Shown here piece after piece: positions 56,076 through 64,000 of a DNA stretch of 64,000 nucleotides. The position numbers and the translations under genes are program-made. How positions within the stretch are numbered: the first letter of the stretch is position 1; every line of letters starts with the position of its first letter. The notes under the pieces were generated by a model. The model did no database searches and had not been told where the DNA came from. It saw only the letters and a list, made by a program, of their open reading frames with translations. Source of the stretch: an uncultured Chthonomonadaceae bacterium (GTDB lineage Bacteria; Armatimonadota; Chthonomonadetes; Chthonomonadales; Chthonomonadaceae); contig CAWFQB010000006.1 of NCBI GenBank assembly GCA_963817895.1, positions 320,001 to 384,000 of the forward strand. Direction: 5' to 3'.

Positions 56076-59000
56076 TCACCCGGACGCCGCAGCAGAAGCC
56101 GAAGCCTCCACATACGCGCAAACCGTCCACAACGCGTCCCATATTGCATCGGCCACAGAATGATACGGTGTAAATCCAGGCATAGTCTCGTTAATAGAAG
56201 CTCCCATTGCCTGAAACAAAAATTGTTGAACGCTAATGAAGTTGACCGCATCACACGAGGTAGAACGTCGTGTGAAAAGTTTCGTGAGTGATTCGGCGGC
56301 AGAAGCGCGCACATTTTTGTCTTCATCCTTGCAGGCGTGGAGCAGGGCGCTGACCACTTCCCCGGAACTCTGTCCCGTCTGTCCCAGGGCTTGTACGGCA
56401 GAAGCGCGCACATTTTTGTCTTCATCCTTGCAGGCGTGGAGCAGGGCGCTGACCACTTCCCCGGAACTCTGTCCCAACCGCCCCAGGGCTTGTACGGCAT
56501 ACCGGCGCACATTTTTGTCTTCATCCTTGCAGGCGTGGAGCAGGGCGCTGACCACTTCCCCGGAACTCTGTCCCAACCGCCCCAGGGCTTGTACGGCAGA
56601 CCAGCGCACATTGTTGTCTTCATCGTTGAGGGCGTGGAGCAGGGCGCTGACCACTTCCCCGGAACTCTGTCCCGTCTGTCCCAGGGCTTCTACGGCAGAC
56701 CAGCGCACATTGTTGTCTTCATCGTTGAGGGCGTGGAGCAGGGCGCTGACCACTTCCCCGGAACTCTGTCCCGTCTGTCCCAGGGCTTCTACGGCAGAAG
56801 CGCGCACATTTTTGTCTTCATCCTTGCAGGCGTGGAGCAGGGCGCTGACCACTTCCCCGGAACTCTGTCCCGTCTGTCCCAGGGCTTGTACGGCATACCG
56901 GCGCACATTGTTGTCTTCATCCTTGCAGGCGTGGAGCAGGGCGCTGACCACTTCCCCGGAACTCTGTCCCAACCGCCCCAGGGCTTGTACGGCAGAAGCG
57001 CGCACATTTTTGTCTTCATCCTTGCAGGCGTGGAGCAGGGCGCTGACCACTTCCCCGGAACTCTGTCCCAACCGCCCCAGGGCTTCTACGGCATACCGGC
57101 GCACATTGTTGTCTTCATCGTTGAGGGCGTGGAGCAGGGCGCTGACCACTTCCCCGGAACTCTGTCCCGTCTGTCCCAGGGCTTCTACGGCATACCGGCG
57201 CACATTGTTGTCTTCATCGTTGAGGGCGTGGAGCAGCAGTCGGGTTGTTTCCCTGCCTGCTTCCGTGTCGCCCAAATAGGCCATACGCGCCAGGAGGCGT
57301 TCGCGTAATGGCCGGTATTTGCCTGCGCCAGTCCTATCCATATACAGGGACACCAGTTTCCCCGCCACATCACGAATCAAACTCGTTTCGGCTCCGGCGC
57401 AGTCGCCCAGACAGTGCGCGGCGAACAGCAAATCGCGGTGCAGCACATTCTCGTAAGCGCCTGGCTGAAACCCTTCCTCCTGCGCTTCTTCCCCTTGCGC
57501 AAGAATGGCCGAACGTATCAGGTCACTGGCATATTCCGGGCGGCTCTTGCTTTCATAGCCGATGGCAAGCAGTATTGGCTCCTCCCAACGGGGCTGATGC
57601 CGATGCTTATAAATGGTTTTTGCAGTGGTCTTATAGCGCCGCAGCAGTTCGCGCCCGACATAATATTCCTCAAACGTCAGGTGCATGAAGCCAAAGTAGC
57701 CCGGCGCGCGTTCCACAAACAGGCCTGTATGCTCCCGAACGCGCCGCAAAAAGTCGTCAACCGCTTTCGTTACCTCTTCGCCGTCCGGTTCCTTGCCCCG
57801 CTGCTTTGCCAGCAGGTCGGCGAGATGCTCCTGCACGTCGCGCTTGCTCGCCATTCCCGTCGGCTTTGTCTCGTGCAGCCACAGGGCGAGGGGGCCGAGC
57901 AAGCGCAATGCCTCGTCTTCTTCCACGCACTGTACGCCCGGAATCCCCCGGTGCAGCTGCCAATCCCGCAGCAGGGTTTGCGTGGCGAGTTCGTACAACT
58001 CCACGCGACGACGAGGCATGTGCGCGCCGTTGCGCTTGATAAGACACAGAATCGTCAGCAGGAGGGGATTGGTTGCCAGTCGGCGAACACCAAGATTGTC
58101 TTGCAGTGCGCGTTCCACGTCGGCCACTTCCACCGTCGCCCTATCCTGTACATCGCTTTCGGGAGCATCGGGCGTCAGATGGCGTTCGTAGGCGAGGCAC
58201 CAGCGTTGCAGGAAGCGATGGATTTGCTCCGTCTCCATATCCTCTAGCGTGAACTCGGCAAACTCACTGCCAAGCGGCGCGATGCGATACCCGGCAATGC
58301 GGCTTGTCACCAGAAAGCGGTTGCCCGGATTGGCGGATACAAATTCGTCAATGCGGGTGGCAATCTGCGCCCGGTCGCCGGGAGCAATGACTTCATCCAG
58401 GCCGTCCAGAAGCACAAATGCCCGTTTTGCGCGCAGGGCATCATCGAACAGCCTTTGCAGCTTCTCCGGCGCCATATTCAGTTCATCAAATGCGAGGGGC
58501 AGAAACCGGCGCAAACTCGTGGCGGGATGTTCCCTGAGATATTCGGCGTAGCGGGAAATGCGAACGAAAATCGGCAGGCAGGCTTCGCCATACTCCTCGT
58601 TTTCCGCATCCCGCACGATTGTTTCATTCTGCTGCACCGCCCGCGCGAAATGCAGTGCCAGAAAGCGCATCAGCGTAGTTTTGCCCGCGCCCGGATCGCC
58701 CAATACCACCATACGCGCATTGGCCTTCACCGCTACGGGCAGTTCGACGCTTTCCGTCCGCTTCTCCTGCGCTTTCAGTTGAAACCGTTCTAACTCCCGC
58801 TGCTCCCATTCGTCAAACAATTCCGTCTCATAATCGCGCCCCGGCTTGTTAAAGCGGTCGCGCGTCCACGTTCGTTCCACCTGCCGTTCCGCTTTGAGCG
58901 ACACGTATACTTCGTCCAGTTTCAGCATCGCCGAGCGCGTCGTCTGCATCACGCCGCGCGGGTCCATGTACTCATTGCGCCGAAGGATGTAGTCGAGATA

Positions 59001-59723
59001 GAACGCGCTGTCAAGGGTCAAAAACCGGTGAAGGTCGCCTGAGAAGGAAACGACCGGGTTACTCTCCTCTTCGTCGCAGTTGCGGCCAAGCGCGGCAAGC
59101 GCGATATTACGCTGCTGTCGGAACTCGCTGACGTGGTAGGCAGGCAGATTGGGACGGGTCAACATTTCGTCATAGCGGCGCACATCACGGCGGTAATCTT
59201 CAGCCTCTTCCAGCGTCAGCCTGCCAATGGCCGTTGTCGCAATTTCTGCATTACAATCCAATGGCAGTTCAATGGTCGCATCGCGCCACGCGGCGAAGTC
59301 GGGAGCCTGTTGCAGTAACTCTTGAAAAATCTGACTTGAAACCCAGAGGATTAACGCTGCCTGTGAATCGCGGACATCCTCACGATGGTTGTTGAGCAGT
59401 TCCAGTGCGGTCTGATAGTCGTCCGTGGGGCGATCCGCGAGGGCTTCCAGACCATACGCGCAGACGCATACCGGCAACTCGCGGCGTGGGATACTGCGGC
59501 AAAATCGGGGCAGGCTGCGCTGTTCCGTCTGCGCGTAATCGAATTCGCGCAGATACCGCTGCCCGCTGAGACGTTCCCCCAACTCGGCGATAGCTTCCCG
59601 GCGCAGCATCAGGTTTTCAACCAGGACAAAAACAATATGGGAACGCTCTTCATCGCGCAGCGCGTTCTCAATCTGCTGCATGGCCTCGGCTATCTGTGGA
59701 TTTGTTGTAAAAACAGGGTTCAT
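56076..59723 (-). CDS. NACHT NTPase with C-terminal HEAT repeats and an N-terminal degenerate P-loop-like domain (NLR-like)
   Basis: VVLGDPGAGKTT Walker A, LLDGLDE Walker B, VTSR, NPLLL, FMHLTFEEY, PRWEEP, then DED.NVR..AV.ALG repeats. Confidence 0.92.
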   Translation of the reverse strand: MNPVFTTNPQIAEAMQQIENALRDEERSHIVFVLVENLMLRREAIAELGERLSGQRYLREFDYAQTEQRSLPRFCRSIPRRELPVCVCAYGLEALADRPTDDYQTALELLNNHREDVRDSQAALILWVSSQIFQELLQQAPDFAAWRDATIELPLDCNAEIATTAIGRLTLEEAEDYRRDVRRYDEMLTRPNLPAYHVSEFRQQRNIALAALGRNCDEEESNPVVSFSGDLHRFLTLDSAFYLDYILRRNEYMDPRGVMQTTRSAMLKLDEVYVSLKAERQVERTWTRDRFNKPGRDYETELFDEWEQRELERFQLKAQEKRTESVELPVAVKANARMVVLGDPGAGKTTLMRFLALHFARAVQQNETIVRDAENEEYGEACLPIFVRISRYAEYLREHPATSLRRFLPLAFDELNMAPEKLQRLFDDALRAKRAFVLLDGLDEVIAPGDRAQIATRIDEFVSANPGNRFLVTSRIAGYRIAPLGSEFAEFTLEDMETEQIHRFLQRWCLAYERHLTPDAPESDVQDRATVEVADVERALQDNLGVRRLATNPLLLTILCLIKRNGAHMPRRRVELYELATQTLLRDWQLHRGIPGVQCVEEDEALRLLGPLALWLHETKPTGMASKRDVQEHLADLLAKQRGKEPDGEEVTKAVDDFLRRVREHTGLFVERAPGYFGFMHLTFEEYYVGRELLRRYKTTAKTIYKHRHQPRWEEPILLAIGYESKSRPEYASDLIRSAILAQGEEAQEEGFQPGAYENVLHRDLLFAAHCLGDCAGAETSLIRDVAGKLVSLYMDRTGAGKYRPLRERLLARMAYLGDTEAGRETTRLLLHALNDEDNNVRRYAVEALGQTGQSSGEVVSALLHALNDEDNNVRRYAVEALGRLGQSSGEVVSALLHACKDEDKNVRASAVQALGRLGQSSGEVVSALLHACKDEDNNVRRYAVQALGQTGQSSGEVVSALLHACKDEDKNVRASAVEALGQTGQSSGEVVSALLHALNDEDNNVRWSAVEALGQTGQSSGEVVSALLHALNDEDNNVRWSAVQALGRLGQSSGEVVSALLHACKDEDKNVRRYAVQALGRLGQSSGEVVSALLHACKDEDKNVRASAVQALGQTGQSSGEVVSALLHACKDEDKNVRASAAESLTKLFTRRSTSCDAVNFISVQQFLFQAMGASINETMPGFTPYHSVADAIWDALWTVCAYVEASASAAASG
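56297..57236 (-). repeat. Tandem 99-bp (33-aa) HEAT repeats: 9 complete plus 1 partial
   Basis: GCAGGGCGCTGACCACTTCCCCGGAACTCTGTCC recurs every 99 bp. Confidence 0.95.
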
Positions 59724-59735
59724 CGTCTTGCCATT

Positions 59736-61046
59736 CTATACCAACTCATCCCATATAAGCGGATGCGCGTCGAACCAGGTGCGGGAATTCTGATAGGCGA
59801 CAATCAGCAAAGCGTGAAGCAGGTCGGCGCACTCCTTGTTTTGCGATGGCTTTTTGGCCTCATGTACCCTTTTCAATTCCGCCGTATTCTCGATGGTCAG
59901 GCGGCGCGTGTATTCGGCAAGCAGTTTGTCTACCGCTGTCTGCGCCGCCTGCATGGTAATGCTATCCAAGCCCTTCTGTTCGGCGTAGCGGCAGGCGTCT
60001 TCCACGAGACGAATCAGCCAGCGTAGCACCCCTCCGCTTTTGAAGATCAACAAGTCGAGGGTATCTTTCTCGAACAACTTCTCCTCAGTCAATCCGACAG
60101 TCAGCAGCCGCTTGGTCACAACTTCGCGCAGTTCCGCATACCCCTTCTCATAGCGCGTCTCCTGATTAGTGCGATGATAAAGGCGAATGTTGGGCAGAAA
60201 GTAACATTCCGCGCTGGTTTCCACTTCGCCGAAAGCCAGCGATGTGTAAACCAACATGGGAACTGTGTAGATGATACGGCACAGAGGAGATTGAAGCGCG
60301 GTGCTGTTGATAAACAGTTCATTGGCCTGTTCCTGCCGCTGTATCTTGTCCAGGTCGTCTACGATAACCAGCAAAGGCTTCCCGATGACATCTTCCACTT
60401 CGGCAATAATCAGGTTGATGCGTCTGAGAATATTCGGAATTTGCGGCTCGACCGGGCGGGTACGCAGAATTTCTTCCGTCACGCCGGAGGAAATTTTGAA
60501 TATTTTACCCATCCCATCCGCCAGCATTTTACCTACGCTAGACCCTGCCATTCCGGCTGTCACTATTAACAACTTCTGCGCCAACTCTACGAGATTGAGA
60601 GATTGATCCCTTACTGTCTCTTTGTCGTTATAAGTGATGGCATAAACGGCTTCGCCCAGGTCTTGCAGCAGTTCCTTGTTGATTGCGTAACCTTCCTGTA
60701 CAGCTGCCTGAAAAATTGTCGTACCGAGAAGTAACAGCAGGTCAATGAGATTGGCTTTGGGACTATCGAGATTGTGCGTGATGTTCACGTAAACGACAAA
60801 ATAGTCCTCATTGAAGTGGTCGCGCAGCTTAAACAGCAGAGAACTTTTGCCGCTTCCACGATGCCCAGTAAAGAAAGCGACAGGCGGCTTTGTGGGCTGT
60901 TCTTCCTTCCGCAATACCATAACCATATCGTCAAATGGGCTATGTTCTCGTGGGCAGTACAGAGTTCGGCTACGCTCTCCTGCAAGAACCTCCGAAGGGT
61001 CGAACGCTCGGTAAAGCTGTAACCAGAACTGTGTAGGGTGAGGCAT
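59736..61046 (-). CDS. P-loop ATPase (AAA/STAND-like) co-transcribed with the NACHT-HEAT gene
   Basis: FTGHRGSGKS Walker A, LVIVDDLDK Walker B, SGGVLR, C-terminal WFDAHPLI; AAAGGA RBS before ATG 61046. Confidence 0.88.
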   Translation of the reverse strand: MPHPTQFWLQLYRAFDPSEVLAGERSRTLYCPREHSPFDDMVMVLRKEEQPTKPPVAFFTGHRGSGKSSLLFKLRDHFNEDYFVVYVNITHNLDSPKANLIDLLLLLGTTIFQAAVQEGYAINKELLQDLGEAVYAITYNDKETVRDQSLNLVELAQKLLIVTAGMAGSSVGKMLADGMGKIFKISSGVTEEILRTRPVEPQIPNILRRINLIIAEVEDVIGKPLLVIVDDLDKIQRQEQANELFINSTALQSPLCRIIYTVPMLVYTSLAFGEVETSAECYFLPNIRLYHRTNQETRYEKGYAELREVVTKRLLTVGLTEEKLFEKDTLDLLIFKSGGVLRWLIRLVEDACRYAEQKGLDSITMQAAQTAVDKLLAEYTRRLTIENTAELKRVHEAKKPSQNKECADLLHALLIVAYQNSRTWFDAHPLIWDELV

Positions 61047-61346
61047 GGCAAGGTTCCTTTGCAACAGAGGATTTGATAATAGTCCTGAACACATTATACT
61101 AAAATGGTTGAGTCCTGTCAATGAGAGCAAGCGCTGTTCCAAAATCAAACACATGGCTCTATTTCTATTATGTTGTAAACGAACAGAGTACGAAACTTCA
61201 ATGTCGTGGTTAAGCGCGAAATTACCTACACTGCCTGCTTCTTCCGAACATTTGTAGCGTCACCCTCAAGAGAAAACGATCATTAGCCACAATCTAATGC
61301 AATTCGCTCAACAGGGAGCAATACAGTAATTCTGAGGAGGAAAATC

Positions 61347-62009
61347 GTGGCGAAAGTGGTGTTTGCTGCCGACATTCAGGCGATGCGGGGCAAGATGGGC
61401 AACAGTGTTTTCAGTCGGGCGCGGAACGGCAACACCGTGCGTACCCGCGTCAAGGGCAAGAACCCGCGCACGTCTGCGCAGACCGGCGTTCGGTCGAATT
61501 TCAGCAAGGCCGCCACGTCGTATAAAAACATGACGCCGGCACAGGTGAGCGCGTGGCAGGTGTACGCGGCGGGGCAGATCAAGCACGATAGCCTTTCCGG
61601 GCTGAGTTACGTGCCGTCCGGCAATACGGTCTTTGTAGGACTGGCAGCCAAGTTCCTGCAAATCAACCCGACCGGAACCGTACCCGTCACGCCGCCCACA
61701 GCCGCCTTTTCCGGGGACAGCATCACGGTCACGGCAGCGGGAAGCAGCGGCAAAGTGATCTTTACGGGCAGCGGCAACAACAGCGCGAACATCAAAACGG
61801 AATTACTGCTCCAGCCACTGAAAAGCCAGAACCGAGCCGCCGCCAATAATGGCTACCGCAGCAAAGGCTTTATCGCGTTTGCCGGTACCAGCCTGGCACA
61901 GAATGTCACCGTACCCGCCGGCTTTTACGTGCCTGCGTATCGGTTTGTGAATACGCTGACCGGACAGGAATCGCTACTCGTCACCCTGCCTGTCGCGCAG
62001 GCTACCTGA
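61347..62009 (+). CDS. Hypothetical protein, paralog B (basic N-terminus RGKMGN, Ig-like C-terminus)
   Basis: GAGGAGG RBS before GTG; shared motifs with 52033..52692. Confidence 0.82.
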   Translation: MAKVVFAADIQAMRGKMGNSVFSRARNGNTVRTRVKGKNPRTSAQTGVRSNFSKAATSYKNMTPAQVSAWQVYAAGQIKHDSLSGLSYVPSGNTVFVGLAAKFLQINPTGTVPVTPPTAAFSGDSITVTAAGSSGKVIFTGSGNNSANIKTELLLQPLKSQNRAAANNGYRSKGFIAFAGTSLAQNVTVPAGFYVPAYRFVNTLTGQESLLVTLPVAQAT

Positions 62010-62124
62010 TCCACTTCAACGCAGTGGCCCGTAATTTCGCGCCTTCTCTCTCTCTCGCCCGGATGAAAACCATGAGCGAACATGAGAGAGGGCGCGGAAC
62101 CGTTTAGAGGATTCTTGCGGATTT

Positions 62125-63912
62125 TCATGCCTCATTGTCGGGAACGGTGGCGGGGAAGGTGACGACAACGCGCCCGCCATGGGCAGAATTCTCAAAAAGA
62201 ACGTCGCCGCGCAGGTCCCAACGGGCGGAGCTTTCGATAAGTTCCACTCCCGTATTGGCGTGTCGGCGCGCATCGAAATCGGGCGGGAAGCCGGGGCCGT
62301 TGTCGCATATCTCCAATGTCGCCACATCGTTCGCGACGCGAAGCGTGATGTCAACCTCGCCTTTGCTGTGCTTGATGGCATTGCTGACACACTCGTTGAT
62401 GAGAAGCGCGAGGGAAGCGGCCTGATGCGCGCTGAGAGTCATATTCTCTATCTCTGCGCTGACGCGGCGATTGCCTGCCGTCTGCTGAAGCCTGTCAATG
62501 AGCTGACGCAGCACGTCTCTGGCGGGAAGATGCGTGTCTTCGCCTCCCCGTTTGATTTGCAGCGTAAGCAGATCGTGAATCGCGGCGAGCGCGCTGACGT
62601 GCAGCTTGATGCGCTGCATCTCCGGGGTTTCGCCCCTGTCGTCTGCCTGTATCTCGATGAGCGCCTGAATCACCTGAAGATTGTTTTTAACGCGGTGGTG
62701 TGTCTCGCGCATGGCCCGCGCGAGTCGGAAGTTGACGGCCTCTATCTGCTCCTGATGGCGGCGCAGCGTGTTTTCCGCCTGCACGGCTTCGGTGACATCG
62801 GCAACCACGCTGATATAGCGCAGGAGCGCGCCGTCCGCATCGAGTTCATGGCGACCGGAGAAGCGCAACACGGCGAACTGCCCATCATCGCGCGTGATGC
62901 GGCAGTTGATATGAAAGGGCTGCCCGGTTTCTCTGCTGTCGTCGGCAACGCGGGCATAGGCGTTGGCATCATCAGGGTGCAGGACGCGCCCGAAAAACTC
63001 TTCCCGCGTATAGGGGCCGAGGGCAGGGGCGCGCCCAAACAGCGCGTACATGCGGGCGTTGTCCCAATGGGCGCGTTGCGTGGCAATGTCCCAGGTGAAA
63101 ATGCCGAGTTCCGCGCCGTCTATCGCGATGCTGAGGCGGGTTTCGCGGTCCCGCAATTCGGCAATGGCTTTATTGCGCGCCGTAATATCGTGGGCAATGC
63201 CAAGCAGTCCAATCAAGCCGTTCTGGTAGTCGCGCAGGGGTGTTTTGGCAATGACAAAGGCGCGGTCTTCTCCCTCCTGCGACACGACGGACTCCAACAG
63301 GCGCGTTTCACCGGACTGCATGATGTCATGGTCAAGCTGCATCATGGCCGCCCCAATGTCTGTCTGGCGAATCTCGGCGTCGTTGCGGCCCAGTATGGCG
63401 TGAGGCGGGCAGCCGATGATGGTGGCGGCGGCGCGATTACACAGCAGATAGTTGCCCTGCGGGTCCTTAAGCGTGATGGGATCGGGAGATTGGTCGAGGA
63501 TGGCGTTCAGGAGATAATTGGCGTTTTTTAGTTCCTGCTTCGCCTCGTATTCGTCCATGCGGTTGCGGATAAGGCGGACGTAGCCACGCTGATCGCCCTC
63601 GCCTACCGCGACCAGAAGGGCGCTGCCCCAGAAGCGCGAACCATCTTTGCGCAGATGCCAGCGTTCGGCTTCGGCGCGTCCCTGTTCGCAGGCGACGCTC
63701 TCTTCAATAAGAGGCACATTTTGCGCGCGGTCTTCGGGCGTAAAGAAAATGTCGGAGAATTGTCCGATGATCTCGGCTTTTGTCCAGCCAAGCAGGTGTT
63801 CCGCGCCCGTGTTCCAGAGCAGAACGCGGCGCTCGAGATCAAGCATGAAAATAGCGTACTCCGGCGCATTCTCAAAGAGGAGGCGCAGAGTTTCGGGGGG
63901 CATTTGCTTCAT
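62125..63912 (-). CDS. Multi-PAS sensor histidine kinase (HisKA_2/HWE-type)
   Basis: Three PAS/PAC domains, ETHHRVKNNLQVI, NECVSNAIKH, DNGPGFP. Confidence 0.92.
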   Translation of the reverse strand: MKQMPPETLRLLFENAPEYAIFMLDLERRVLLWNTGAEHLLGWTKAEIIGQFSDIFFTPEDRAQNVPLIEESVACEQGRAEAERWHLRKDGSRFWGSALLVAVGEGDQRGYVRLIRNRMDEYEAKQELKNANYLLNAILDQSPDPITLKDPQGNYLLCNRAAATIIGCPPHAILGRNDAEIRQTDIGAAMMQLDHDIMQSGETRLLESVVSQEGEDRAFVIAKTPLRDYQNGLIGLLGIAHDITARNKAIAELRDRETRLSIAIDGAELGIFTWDIATQRAHWDNARMYALFGRAPALGPYTREEFFGRVLHPDDANAYARVADDSRETGQPFHINCRITRDDGQFAVLRFSGRHELDADGALLRYISVVADVTEAVQAENTLRRHQEQIEAVNFRLARAMRETHHRVKNNLQVIQALIEIQADDRGETPEMQRIKLHVSALAAIHDLLTLQIKRGGEDTHLPARDVLRQLIDRLQQTAGNRRVSAEIENMTLSAHQAASLALLINECVSNAIKHSKGEVDITLRVANDVATLEICDNGPGFPPDFDARRHANTGVELIESSARWDLRGDVLFENSAHGGRVVVTFPATVPDNEA

Positions 63913-64000
63913 TAGGTAAACAGAGCGTGGGCAATCCGTCGTCGCATAAAATAGTTTTCAGCTTATTATAACACACGTTGGGGCGGGATGCGGGCTGTAA

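Noticed and set aside
56297..57236. Possible CRISPR array
   Set aside because: The repeats are contiguous, in-frame coding units without unique spacers, and no cas genes are present.
56236..57308. Long plus-strand ORFs (347 aa, 323 aa) and the upstream extension of ORF 54965..56623
   Set aside because: Shadow frames of the stop-free 99-bp HEAT repeat; the ankyrin gene has its own RBS and start at 55756.
52033..62009. Intact prophage
   Set aside because: No integrase, terminase, portal, replication or lysis genes and no att repeats were seen around this block.
62179..63531. 450-aa plus-strand ORF
   Set aside because: Antisense shadow of the histidine kinase; no motifs.

Overview
A 64-kb bacterial chromosomal segment. 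PEP-CTERM genes, a DUF1549/DUF1553-DUF1501-WD40-PPC cluster, GGDEF/HD-GYP signalling genes and ClpS-GlnD suggest an Armatimonadota-like or similar organism; this is an inference, not a taxonomic search. Many genes between about 4 and 51 kb, including purA, sbcC, glnD and anmK, are split by single-base indels. These look like uncorrected long-read errors, so I merged the split ORFs into single gene calls. Core genes are a UbiD decarboxylase, aldo/keto reductase, sbcDC, clpS, glnD, anmK, purA, tRNA-Lys(UUU), rpsU and an LCP protein. Two accessory regions stand out. (1) 25.8-31.8 kb: tRNA-Lys is followed by two more copies of its 3' part (one exact, one decayed). These delimit tandem units carrying four PEP-CTERM genes, three of them behind sigma54-type promoters, and one tyrosine recombinase that lacks its C-terminal catalytic motifs. 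(2) 52-62 kb: two paralogous ~220-aa genes of unknown function, with basic N-termini, point outward and bracket the region. Inside are a PEP-CTERM gene, two ankyrin genes separated by three 192-bp palindromic elements, and an ATPase plus NACHT-HEAT pair whose nine 99-bp repeats are all different combinations of a few alternative blocks. One paralog is preceded by a long hairpin with ~11-bp periodicity. The window also holds several families of small palindromic elements (REP/REPIN-like, MITE-like, heptamer repeats), some reaching into coding sequence. I saw no CRISPR array, rRNA or reverse transcriptase.
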